Of a stretch of 64,000 bases of DNA, positions 11,200-23,316 are shown piece after piece. Source of the DNA: Chiloscyllium plagiosum (Eukaryota); NCBI RefSeq assembly GCF_004010195.1, contig NC_057728.1:54594719-54658718 (forward strand), in the 5' to 3' direction. The position numbers and the translations under genes were made by a program. The notes under the pieces were generated by a model, which had not been told where the DNA came from, made no database searches, and saw only the letters and a program-made list of their open reading frames with translations. Each line of letters starts with the position of its first letter. Position 1 is the stretch's first letter.

Positions 11200-12800
11200 C
11201 CTTAGTGAAGATCATAAAGATAACTTTCCACGGGGTAAAACGGAAACCGTTGAAGGAGAAAGAGAAGTTAAAAAGCTCCGGTGTTTTCACTGCAATAAAG
11301 TAGGCCACATGTGCTTTTGGGCCAGAAAAAGCACAAGGAAGACGGATAACCGAATAAGCCAGTGAATTTTGTTGAAGTGGTAAAGGATAGCACAGTGGAA
11401 GCTAACGAACTGCACCAGAATGTACAAGTTGGTCAGAGGTTGGTTAAGGAGGAAGTTGCCAGATCTTAACCCTTTTGCGTGCAAAAGTAAAGTTTACTCA
11501 CATAGCTCAGGCGCAGCAGGTAAACAGGTTAGAGTATTGAGATATAGGGTCATGTCCATCTTTGATGTTGAGAGATGAGGAGATATGTAACTCAGACCAT
11601 TATAAGAAAAAGTGATATAACGTGGAGTTTATGTTGAGTCAGTTCAGCGTATCCAGTGAAAAGTTGGGAAGTGATGGTAGGAGTAATGGATGACCTCTCG
11701 GCACCAGGAATAACATTTGTCCTTGCTAACGTTACAGCTGGGTCACACATGGTAGTGCTGCCACAAAGGAGGAGGAATCACAGGATACAGATAAGGGAGT
11801 TGAAGTAGAATTATTACTGACCGTGTTTGATCAAATGGTTGAGAAAATAGGTTATTGGGGAGTTTCCCATGAAATCACCGAAGACAGACATACTACGTTT
11901 CCTTGGATTGAGTGTGTTTTGCCAGAAGTTCAGACTGAATTTTAGCAGTTGGCTATATTATTGAATTACTGCAGAAATGCAGAATATTTCAGTGGACGGC
12001 AGACTGTCAGAAAGCATCTGACAGCCTGAAGGCTGCGTCAACCACTGCCCCAGTATTAGGCACACCTAATTACACAAAGCCATTCAAGGTTGCTGATGAT
12101 GTGAGTCATGTGGATGCTGGTGCTGTACTCTTACAAGAAAACGATGTTAAAATAGAAAGACCTATCGGATGTTTCTCCAGGAGATTTGGGCATCCATCAA
12201 CAGAATTATTCCACAATTGAGAATGAGACCTTGAGATTGGTATTGGCATAACAACATTTCAACACTTATGCAGCTGGTAATGTGTCTGAGACATTCATAT
12301 ATGATGACCATAATCCATTAAAGTTTCAGAAGAAATTTAATGACAAAATTTTAAGCCTGTTTAGATAGAGCTTGTTATTGCAGCCATTCAATTTGAAAGT
12401 TATACATGTGGCAGGATGAGAAAACATAATTACCTTTGCATTGTCGATACTTGAATGAATTATCAACTGTGTTCAATGGCAGGAGTAAACAGGCTGAAAT
12501 AGAATGTAGTAGGGCATATTTACATGGTTATCGTCAATGTAATATATACGTGCTGTAGTGTACTTACAAAGTCAGACAAATTGTTTTAAAATGAAGCCAT
12601 CTTTGTATAGGAGGTGTGACGATGCTATCACTTTACAAAGGTTATTTTGTCTTTTTTTTCAAGAGAGACTGTAAAAGCAGAGGCGCTGAAATGTCTGGGC
12701 AGGAGCCTAGTTTTAACAACAGTAGGGGAGTCCTCTCATTTCTGTTTTTTCTAGCTTCTTTTAATTGTAACAGTAAGAAACTGCTGGGCTAACCTCTTGG
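11200..12800 (+). mobile_element. Ty3/Gypsy LTR retrotransposon remnant (gag zinc knuckle, RNase H, start of 3' LTR)
   Basis: KLRCFHCNKVGH (~11272-11310); PVLGTPNYTKPFKVADDVSHVDAGAVLLQE...RPIGCFSR, NYSTIENE, DHNPL, SLLLQPFNL (12050-12400). A purine run is followed by TGTGAC at 12615. Confidence 0.8.
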
Positions 12801-14101
12801 AATAATTTGAGGGCGACTGGCATGGTCATAACATCCTGCTCTTGTGATTATATAAGGATTTCCATAACAATGGTGCAACTGTACCTATGAGTGTTTGTAG
12901 CAATATATGATCCTCCATTTGGGGTGTCATCAGCCTGTTATATTTTTCAGCAGATTATGGAGCGTTTTGCCCTATCTCTCGTAATGGCATCTACTTATTG
13001 ATTGAGAAAGTTTTCTTGAGCACAATGAAGCAATTCCTCTCCATCCAAGCCCTTAACACTGTGGTAATCCTAGTCTGTTTGGAAAGTTAAAGTCCCAGAC
13101 TATTACAACACGATAATTCTTACAGCTGTCTGCGATTCCCTACTTATTTACTCCTAACTTTCCCACTGACTATTGTCAGGGGCTGTAGTACAATTCCGTC
13201 AAAGTGATCACCACCTTCTTTTGTTTCAGTTCGGGCAGCAGTTCTCTTTTCCTATTGGGCATTACTGAACCAATTGGACTGTTACGACAATTGATGATAG
13301 TTTCATGGTTGACATTAGAGACATTCCAAATGATTTTTAAACCGAGTTCTGTCATGACAGAATTTGTCCGGAGTCCACAATAATACTTCTCAAGTGTCTT
13401 GAAATGAGCTCATTCAATGTCTGGCTTCCTGGCTCATTTCTGAATCCAAGATAACATTTCTGTTCCAATTACCCAAATAATAGTAATTTTGTCACTTATC
13501 ATTTAGTGAAATATTAACTTGTCTCTGTTTGATCTTTAGAGAGTATGAATACAGACAGGCAAAGTGAGAGTGGTCAACTACATGAACTTGAAATTACTGA
13601 TAAATTGTGAGACCGTCCAGTTTGATTTGGAGATGCCAGTTTTGGACTGGGGTGTACAAAGTTAATAAACACACAACACCAGATTATAGTCCAACACGTT
13701 TAATGAGACAGGTTAGCATATTTGCTCTGAGGGAAGATTGAAGGATCTATGGATGAGCAGAGTCAATTTTGTTCTCAAGCAAAAGAGTGTGTGTGTGAGA
13801 GAGTGCATGTGTGTGTGTGTGTGTAAAATATCTAAGATATGCTTGTGCATTGTGAGAATTTTATGAAGAATCAATCTTTTACTTCAAGTTGAAACGTATT
13901 GATGTAGAAAACAAGAATTTGAAAGTCAGAATTCACCTGAATAAGGATGGGAGCAACATTGGGAAGGAAACATTGAAGAAAGCAAACCAACCTCATTGTC
14001 AATCTGTTCTGGGTATATTTTTATATTCAAAGTTTGTGCGAAGATTTGTAGCTCGGGTGCTCGTTGTTGTGGTTCTGTTCGCCAAGCTGGAAGTTTTTGT
14101 T

Positions 14102-14141
14102 GCAAACGTTTCGTCCCCTGGCTAGGCGACATCATCAGTGC
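14102..14141 (-). ncRNA. Minimal type-I hammerhead ribozyme motif
   Basis: Reverse complement GCA-CTGATGA-t-GTCgcct-agcc-agggGAC-GAAA-CG-TT-TGC, with a canonical CUGAUGA core and stem I. Confidence 0.7.
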
Positions 14142-14375
14142 TTGGGAGCCTCCTGCGAAGCGCTTCTTTGATGTTTCCTCCGGTGTTTATAGTGGTCTGT
14201 CCCTGCCACTTCCGGTTGTCAGTTTCAGCTGTACGCTGTAGTGGTTGGTATATTGGGTCCAGGTCGATGTGTTTGTTGATGGAGTTTGTGGATGAATGCC
14301 ATGCCTCTAGGAATTCCCTGGCTGTTCTCTGTCTGGCTTGCCCTATGATAGTAGTGTTGTCCCAGGCGAATTCAT

Positions 14376-14771
14376 NNNNNNNNNNNNNNNNNNNNNNNNN
14401 NNNNNNNNNNNNNNNNNNNNNNNNNNNNNNNNNNNNNNNNNNNNNNNNNNNNNNNNNNNNNNNNNNNNNNNNNNNNNNNNNNNNNNNNNNNNNNNNNNNN
14501 NNNNNNNNNNNNNNNNNNNNNNNNNNNNNNNNNNNNNNNNNNNNNNNNNNNNNNNNNNNNNNNNNNNNNNNNNNNNNNNNNNNNNNNNNNNNNNNNNNNN
14601 NNNNNNNNNNNNNNNNNNNNNNNNNNNNNNNNNNNNNNNNNNNNNNNNNNNNNNNNNNNNNNNNNNNNNNNNNNNNNNNNNNNNNNNNNNNNNNNNNNNN
14701 NNNNNNNNNNNNNNNNNNNNNNNNNNNNNNNNNNNNNNNNNNNNNNNNNNNNNNNNNNNNNNNNNNNNNNN
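14376..14771. other. Assembly gap
   Basis: Run of N. Confidence 0.99.
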
Positions 14772-14964
14772 ATTCTCCGTTCGGCGTTCTCTGTACCATC
14801 ACGTCTAGGAATGGGAGTTGGCTATCCTTTTCTTCTTCTCTCGTGAATCGGATTCCTGTGAGTGTGGCGTTGATGATACGGTGTGTTTTTTCTATTTCCG
14901 AGAATTCACTACAAGGGTATACAGGAAAGCCACACACACAGACCAAGTCCTAAACTATGAATTT

Positions 14965-16915
14965 ATTGTCCCCTCCTGACTCTTCTTATTGCTCCCTTCC
15001 ATTCTTTCCTGGCTAAATTGTAACTCTCAAGCACCCTAACTGAACTTTCACGTCACTTCTCTACATAAGCCTCTTTCTTTCTCGTGACAAGGTATTCGAC
15101 ATCTTTATTAAAGCACGGCTCCCTTGCTTGATCACTTTCTCTCTGCTTGACAGGTGCACTCTTATCAAGGACACGCAGTAGCTGTTACTTGAATAAGCTC
15201 CACATTTCCATTGTGTCCATTCCCTGCAATTTTCTTCTCCATCATTTGAATCCTAAACCTTTCCTAATTGCATCATCATTGCCTCTCCGCAGCTATAAAT
15301 CTTGCCCTGTGGTATGTAACTATCCATTTCCATTGCTAAGGTAAACAGAACCGAATTATGATCACAATCACCAAAGTGCTCACCTATCTCCAAATCTAAC
15401 AACTCTCTGGGTTCATTAACCAGTACCAAAACCAATGTGGCCTCGCCCCTTGTTGGTCTGTCGACATACTATGCCAGGAAATACCCCTGCATAAATTAGA
15501 CAAAGACTGACCAATCTAAAGTACTCGAACTACAGCATTTCCAGTCATACTTGGAAAGTTAAAGTCGCCCAAAACAACCATCCTGTTACTCTCGCTTCTA
15601 TCCAGAATTATTTTTGCTATCTTTTTTTTCTCACTGTCTCTGGAACTGTTCGGAGGCCAATAGAACAACAGGGTGACCTCTCCTTTCCTGTTTCTAACCT
15701 CAGCCCAGAGTACCTCAATAGAAGAGTCCTCAAATGACCTTTCTGCCACCGTAATACTGTCCTTGACTAACAATGACACGCCTCCCCATCTTTTACCATC
15801 TTCTCTGTTCTTACTGAAACATGTAAATCCCGGAAACTGCAACATCCATTCCTTTCCCTGCTCTATCCATGTCTCTGAAATGGCCATAACATCAAAATCC
15901 CAGGTACCAACCCATGCTGCAAGTTCACCTATCTTATTCCAGATGCTCCTGGCGTTGAAGTAGACACACTTCAAACCACCTCTGTGGTTGTGAGTGCACT
16001 CTTGTGACCTTGAAACCTTATTTCTGCCCTCACTACTCCCAATCTCCTAAACATTGGAACTACAATTTATGTTCCCACTTACCTGCTCAATTAGTTTAAA
16101 CCCACCCGAAAAGCATGAGCAAATTTCCCCCGCCCCAGTATATTGGTGCCCTTCTGGTTCAGGTAGAGATCATCTGTTTGCAGAGGTCCCACCTACCCCA
16201 CAATAAGCCTCAATTATCCAGCTATCCGAAACCCTCCTTCCTGAATCACACCTGTAGCCAAATGTTCAATTCCTTTCCCTCCCTATCATGTTGCAAGGAT
16301 AACAAGCCAGTTTGCTCTTGATCCAAACTGTTACCCTAGCTCCCTGAATTTATTTCATAAACCCCATCCCTTTTCCTACCTATGTCGTTGGTTCCGACAT
16401 GGACCAGGGCTGCTCCCCATCCACTGCAAGTATCCGGAAAACACCATCTTAGACATCACAAACCCTGGCACCTGGGAGGCAGCACACCAACTGCGAGTCT
16501 CTCTTGATCACAAAGAACTTCCTATGTATCCCCCTAACTATCGAGTCCCCCTTCCCTTTTAAGCAACAGGAACAGACTCCATGCCAGAGACCCCACGTCT
16601 TATCCCTGGTAAATCATCTCCCAAAAGTATCCTAAACGGTATACTTGTTACTGTGGGGAATGGCCACAGGGGATCACTGCACTGTCTGTCGGTTCCCTTT
16701 CCGTCCATGTCTGTAACCCATTTACCTTTTTCTTGTACCTTAGGTGTGACTACCTCCTTGCATCTCCTCTTAATAACCCCTCCTCGTCTCGAATGATCCG
16801 AAGTTCATCCATCCCAATTCCAGTTCCCTTATGCGGTTCTCAAGGAGCTGGATTTGGTGCACGTCCCGCAAATGAAGTCAGTAGGGACACTAATGGTGAC
16901 CCTTACCTCCCACAT
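14965..16915 (-). mobile_element. CR1 LINE 5' half: ORF1 (Cys motif + SGNH esterase-like) and ORF2 endonuclease, decayed
   Basis: ORF1 pieces MWEVR...FICGTC, GDSIVR, CCLPGAR and VHVGTNDIG. APE endonuclease YFNARSI...AISETW...GDFNFP...DHNSV. Confidence 0.88.
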
Positions 16916-19772
16916 TTTGGAGGTGGCGGAAATGATTTGGATTATGCGAAGGTTGGTAGGGTGGAAGGTGAGCACCAGGGGCATTCTGTCCTTGTTACGG
17001 TTGGAGGGGTGGGGTCTGAGGGCGGAGGTGCGGGATGTGGACGAGATGCGTTGGAGGGCATCTTTCACAACGTGGGAAGGGAAATTGCGGTCTCTAAAGA
17101 AAGAGGCCATCTGGTGTGTTCTATGGTGAAACTGGTCCTCCTAGGAGCAGATACGGCAGAGGCGGAGGAATTGGGAATACGCTTTGGCATTTTTACAAGA
17201 GATAGGGTGGGAAGAGGTGTAATCCAGGTAGTTTGGGGGGGTCGGTGGGTTTGTAAAAAATGTTAGTGTCAAGTCGGTCGTCACTAATGGAGATGGAGAG
17301 GTCCAGGAAGGGGAGGGAAGTGTCAGAGATGGTCCAGGTAAATTTAAGGTTTGCTCAACCTCCTCGCGGGAGCATGAGGTGGCGCCAATGCAGTCATCAA
17401 TGTAGCGGAGGAAGGGGTGGGGAGTGGTGCTGGTGTAACTATGGAAGATGGACTGTTCTACGTAGCCAACAGGCATAGCTGGGGCCCATATTGGTGCCCA
17501 TGGCTACCCCTTGGTTTGGAGGAAGTGGGAGGATTCGAAGGAGAAATTGTTAAGGGTGAGGACCAGTTCAGCCAAACGAACGAGAGTGTCGGTGAGAGTG
17601 TCCTTCTTTAGAGCCCGCAATTTCCCTTCCCACTTGGTTAAAGATGCCCTCCAACGCACCTCCGCCCTCAGACCCCACCCCTCCAACTGTAACAAGGACA
17701 GAATCCCCTGGTGCTCACCTTCCACTCAACCAACCTTCGCATAAACCAAATCATCTGCTGACATTTCTGCCACCTCCAAACGGACCCGACCACCAGGGAT
17801 ATATCCCACCCCTTTCCGCCTTCCGCAAAGACCGTTCCCTCCGTGACTACCTGGTCAGGTTCACGACCCCCTACAACCCACCCTCCACGAATGAGAGTGT
17901 CAGTGGAAGGGTGCTGTTGGGGACGTCTGGAGAGTAAAAAACGGAGGGCTTGGAGGCCCTGGTCATGGCGGATGGAGGTATAGAGTGATTGGATATCCAT
18001 GGTGAAGATGAGGCGTTGGGGGCCGGGGAAACGGAAGTCTTGGAGGAGTTGGAGGGCGTGGGTGATGTCTTGAACTTATGTGGGAAGTTCCTGGACTATG
18101 CGGGATAGGATAGTGTCGAGGTAGGTAGAGATGAGTTCGGTGGGGCAGGAGCATTCTGAGACAATGGTCGGCCTGGGTGGTCAGGCTTGTGGATCTTGGG
18201 AATGAGGTAGAACCGGGCAGTGCGAGGTTCCCGGACGATGAGGTTGGAAGCTGTGGGTGGGAGATCTCCTGAGGTGATGAGGTTCTGTATGGTCTGGGAG
18301 ATGATGGTTTGCTGATGGGGGTGGGGTCATGGTCGAGGGGGCAGTAGGAAGAGGTGTCCTCGAGTTGGCATTTGGCTTCAGCGGTGTAGAGGTCAGTGCG
18401 CCAGACTACCACTGCCCCCCCTTTATCTGCTGGCTTAATGGTGAGGTTGGGATTAGAGCAGAGGGATTGAATGGCTGCGCGTTGTGAGGGTAAGAGGTTG
18501 GAGTGGGGGAGGGAGGTCGACAGGTTGAGGCGGTTAATTCCCCGGCGGCAGTTGGAAATGAAGAGGTCGAGGGCAGGTAATAGGCCAGCGCGGGGTGTCC
18601 AGGTGGATGCAGTGTATTGGAGGTGGGCGAAGGAGTCCTCGGAAGGTGGGCAGGGTTCCTGATTGTGAAAGTAAGCTCGGAGGTGGAGGCAACGGAAGAA
18701 GTGTTCGATGTCATGGCATACATTAAATTCATTGATGCGTGGACGGAGGGGGACGAAGGTGAGTCCTTTACTGAGGACTGATCGTTCGTCCTCAGTGAGT
18801 GGGAGGTCTGGAGGGATGGTGAAAACTCGGCAGGGCTGGGAGCTGGGATCTGGTGTGGGTGTGGAGCTGGGAGTGGGGTCAGAGCAAAGTACCTGGAGTG
18901 GATGTGATGGTGGGGGGAATGGGGGTGGAGGTATGAGCAGGGGAAGTGTTCCCCTCGGGGTTCTAGTGACAGTGGGGTCTATGGGGGGCGTGTCAGCAGA
19001 ATGCAGGTGAGTGGCGCTGGTGGGGTCGGAAGTGGTGGCAGACACGGCGGTAGGGGTGGCGTACGTCACTGAGCATGTGGCATCGGCGATGATGTGAGGG
19101 CCGGAAGTGGCTGTGGGAGTGCCATGATGGATCAGAAGTGACATCATCAATCAGTGTGGGAGTGGTAGCTGCATCCGCCGCATGGCTAATGGCGTTTCCG
19201 AGGCCAGGGGAATCTTCTGGAATGTTTGAGGAGCGCTGGTTATGGAGGTGGGTGGATAAAAGTTTGTTGTACTTACAGTTTTTGATGTTTGAGAAGGAAT
19301 TGAGAGTATGAATTCTCCTGAGGATGTAGTACAGAGTGGGTCCTTTGCAATTCTGAGAGAGTGTGGCCCTCAGCTGAGGCAGGGCAGACTGTAGAGAGGT
19401 TAGGTGCCGGCGCATTGCTGCAAGCGTGGAGCGGAGGATCTTGAAGGAGAACTGTTGCTGGTGTTTTTGAATCGGTAGTCTGTACTGTTTGTCCTGTTCG
19501 GGTCGGAACTCTGCTTGTTTACAGGTGGTCTGAAGTCCGTGTGGGATGAGTTGGTTACGGAGGCAGGTACTGAGGAAGCAAATGTGGCTGTGATAGCGAG
19601 TTTGTTTCACGACATGGTTGAAGAGCTTCAGGGCAGAGGAAATGACCTGGGAGTTGCAGTGGGAGAGGGACTCCCTGAGATTCTTGTAGAGAGAGGAGGA
19701 AAACTACTTCAAGACACGCATCCTTGCAAGACGATTCGCTACCACCCCTAACTCTGATTGATGATGTCACTT
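16916..19772 (-). mobile_element. Long Penelope-like element (N-terminal region + RT), frameshifted, with internal inversions
   Basis: LSKGLTFVP, TIKPADKGGAVVVW (DKG motif), MDIQSLYTSI, FLQTKG, FLRYIDD, YSQFLRLCRICS. The GIY-YIG end is missing. Confidence 0.92.
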
Positions 19773-20035
19773 AGAACATAGAACATAGAACATAGAAGAA
19801 TACAGCGCAGTACAGGCCCTTGGGCCCTCGATGTTGCGCCGATCCAAGCCCACCTAAACTACACTAACCCACTATCCTCCATATACCTATCCAATGCCCT
19901 CTTAAATGCCCATAAAGAGGGAGAGTCCACCACTGTTACTGGCAGGGCATTCCATGAACTAACGACTCGCTGAGTGAAGAACCTACCCCTAACATCAGTC
20001 CTATATCTACTCCCCCTTAATTTAAAGCTATGACT
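19773..20035 (-). mobile_element. CR1 LINE 3' end (young subfamily)
   Basis: (agaacat)n tail; nearly identical to 23386-23640. Confidence 0.85.
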
Positions 20036-20149
20036 TTAAATTAATCCCTGCCAGAGATAGTGTTGAGCTCAGTTTAAAGCAAGTACCAAGCCTGACACAC
20101 TTGTTTAACATTGTTGGTGGCCATCGTTTCAGCTGCCAAAGTAAAGCTT

Positions 20150-20300
20150 TACTTTGCTACTTTCTCCCCACCCCCACCCTCCTCTCACTTATCTCTCCAC
20201 GCTTCAGGCTCTCTGCCTGTATTCCTGATGAACGGCTTTTGCCCGAAACGTCGATTTCGAAGCACCTTGGATGCTGCCTGAACTGCTGTGCTCTTCCAGC
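20150..20300 (+). mobile_element. PLE terminal repeat fragment with hammerhead core (20225-20252)
   Basis: Matches 53280-53430; contains CTGATGA-acggc-tttt-gccc-GAAA-CGTC. Confidence 0.8.
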
Positions 20301-20559
20301 TAAATGCTAGGAGTCTGGCTAGAAGGAACTGACAGCAGGAGCTGAAGAAGCGGAATGGCCTGACATGTGCGGTCACAATTAACAAATGCAATCTTCACTT
20401 CCCATCTCAAGACAATCAAGTCACCACCCTGTAATCGTGAGCAGAGTTTGAAAATATGTTCCCCCACATGCTGTCTGATTGAAAGGAGTATAATCTCTGC
20501 CTTCCCTTCTCCAGTGATGGGTTCTGTATCCATGAAGATAATAGTTACATCTTCTTAAT

Positions 20560-21230
20560 GGCAAGACAGTGGGGGTTTCAGCGGACAGCCACAAGACTCA
20601 CTGTGATATGTACCTGGTAACAAAGGCAACAGATTAAGCAAGCTGTGGAATGTTGCACAAATAGTACTTTCTACCAACAGGATGCTGCCATCAATCCTGG
20701 AAGATGCTCTGATCAGCACACAATTGGGTAATATTGCATATGAGTTTCAGTGCCAGTGTGATGCCAGGTACACTGGCCATATATCCCTATGAGTGTCTAA
20801 TTGAACTAAACAAGATATTCCTTCAGTTGATGTAAAAGACAGATTATCCCAGTCAGCAGGTGTTGCAAACCCATGTTACAAAATGTCTGTTGTTAGATGT
20901 GATTCCATGATTGGATAGAATGTGCTGAATAATTCTGATTGTGTCAGTAACTACACCAATAACCAATATAAGACAATCAGACCATTTGGTAATTTGGCTC
21001 ATGTACACTTTCTGATGCATTCACTGTTGGCAAAAGGAAAGTCTTTTGCCTTTTTTGAATTACCCGGAAGTTTAGGGTACCAATAATTCCCCTTCAATTT
21101 GTCTACAGCAAATCCTCAGGTCATCAGGGTAAACTTACCAAACAATTAGCACCTTTTTTCTTTTGAACGACAAATTGTTATGGTTGTTTGAAATTTGGCA
21201 TTCTTGATTTGTTCTGCTGAGCAATAAGTG
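20560..21230 (+). mobile_element. Old Penelope-like element, GIY-YIG endonuclease remnant (a different family)
   Basis: Degenerate translation GNIAYEFQCQCDARYTGH...KQDIP and DSMIG..VLNNSDCVSNYTNNQYKTI resemble the PLE endonuclease pattern NVVYEF.C.CD..YVGRT...KQHVP...DSAIGQHL. Confidence 0.6.
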
Positions 21231-21239
21231 GAAGGTAAC

Positions 21240-22955
21240 TTGTTGGAATTCTTTGGAGAGTAACTGTGGATAAAGGGAATGCCATGGATATACTATACTT
21301 AGACCTTCACCTTAATGAGATGCCACATCAAAGGTTATTGTGGAAAATAAGGGCTTATGGCATAGGGGTAGCATACAAGCATGGATAGGAGATTGACCAG
21401 CTAACAGGAAACAGGTAGGCATAAATGTTATGTTTGGCAAGATGAAATGAGTGGTATGCTGGGGTTTCAACTTTTTACAATCCTCATAAATTGCCTGCAT
21501 GAAAGGATAAAAGTATGGTTGTTACATTTGCTGATGACACTAAGATTTGTAGTAAAGTAAGTTATAAAGAGAACATAAGAAGGTACCAAAGGAATACAGA
21601 TAGATTGTCAAAGGACAAATGGACCACAATGTGGGAAAATGTGAAATGGTCCATTTTGGTGAGATGAATGAAAAAAGGAAGCATATCGCTTAAATAATGA
21701 GAGATTGCAAGAAGCAGAAGGATCTGGATGTCCTCATATAAGAATCACAGAAGGTCATCATGTAATTAGGAAAGAAAAGAGAATATGATCATTTACTGCA
21801 ATGGCAATTGAATGTCAAACTGGAGGCTATGCTTCAGCTACATAGGACATTGATGAGACCACATCTGGTACACTTATGTTGGTCATTGGTGAGACCGCAT
21901 CTGAAACACTGTATATTGTATTTGTCTCGTTATTTAAGGAAGGGTGTAAATTTGTTGGAAACAGTTCAGAGGAGATTTACTTGAGTAATTACTGGAATGG
22001 GCAGATTGTTATATAAAGGAAGGTCAGACATGGTAAACTTTTATTTGCTGGAGTTTAGACAACTTGATTTAAATGCATAAGATTCACAGGGGTGACAGAT
22101 TGACAGAATGCATGTGGAAAGGATATTTCCTCTTGTGGGAGAATATAGAACAAGGGGTCACTGTTCAAAAGTAAAGACTCACCCATTTCAAACAGAGACA
22201 AGAGTAATCTTTTATTCGCAGAGCATTCTGTGTCTTTGGAATTTTATTCCACAAAAGACAGCAGAAACAGTGTCTTTGATTATTTTGAAGGCAGGGGATG
22301 GATAAATCCTTGATACTCAAGGAATTGAAAAGTTTTTGGGGTAGGCAGGCATCTTCAGATCAGTCAGACTCTTACTGAGTAGCAGAGCAAGCTCAAGAAG
22401 CCAAGTGGCCTATTCCTGCTCCCAACTCATTAAAGATTAAGCAACATGTCTTCAACACCATGTTAAACTAGAAAGATGCCAGAAAAGATTTACTATGATG
22501 TGACCTGGACTGGAAGGTTTGAGTTATAAGGAGAGGCTGGATAGGCTGAGACTTTTTTCCCTGGAATGTAGGAGACTGAGGAGTGATCTTATAGAGGTCA
22601 ATAAAATTATGAGATGCATAGATAAGGTAGACAGTCGACAGCCTTTCCCCATGGTAGGGGCATCTAAAACTAAAGAGCATGGGTTTAAGGTGAGACGGGA
22701 GAGATACAAAAGGGCCCAAAGGAGCCAGTTTTTCACAAAGACGGTGGTGAGTAACTGGAATGGGCTGCCAGAGATAGTAGTGGAAACGAGTACAATTTGG
22801 TCATTTAAAAAATATTTAGACAGGTACATGGGTGGAATACATATGGAGAGATATGGACCAAATGCATGCAAATGGGATTATATTAATTGGAAACTGGGTA
22901 GCATGGAAAAGTTGGGCTGAAGGGTCTGTTTCCATGCTGCACACCTCTATGACTA
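21240..22955 (+). mobile_element. Two adjacent CR1 fragments (old RT-to-3' copy 21240-22430; younger 3' end 22466-22955)
   Basis: FADDTK, RPHL, YKERLDRLRLFSLECRRLRSDLIEV; ends with a ctctatgact tail. Confidence 0.85.
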
Positions 22956-23316
22956 GTATAAAATATCTAGTAATTGCAAGTGAAGCTCTAATGATCTTTT
23001 GAATTTAAAGGTGCAAAGTTGTGCTCAACCAAAGGACAACTATTTGGGTTACAGTCACACAGTTTAAAGGGAACCTCGGAAGAAAATTGTAGCTTATCTC
23101 AATGATTTGATTGTCAGCTTTTCTGATAGATATGGATGTGTATTGTATTTCCTGTTAGAGGTCAGCTTTATACAAAGAAGCAATTTGCTTTCCATGTCCT
23201 CGGGCTATCCCAGAATAAACAACATTACTTTTGAAGAGTAGCTTCTTGTTTGGTGGATGAATATGGCAGGTAAAGTAATTCATAAGACTGCACAAACAGT
23301 GGTGATAGGAATGATT

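Larger units (their letters stand above)
14027..14962 (-). mobile_element. Penelope-like element (same family as 7476-8652), gapped and rearranged
   Basis: Minus-strand EFAWDNTTIIGQARQRTAREFLEAWHS and IRFTREEEKDSQLPFLDVMV. A plus-strand RT piece occupies 14900-14962, and the element spans an N gap. Confidence 0.88.

Noticed and set aside
17963..19610. Long ORFs (395 aa, 205 aa) as a host gene
   Set aside because: They contain Penelope N-terminal/DKG motifs and are frameshifted pieces of one decayed retroelement.
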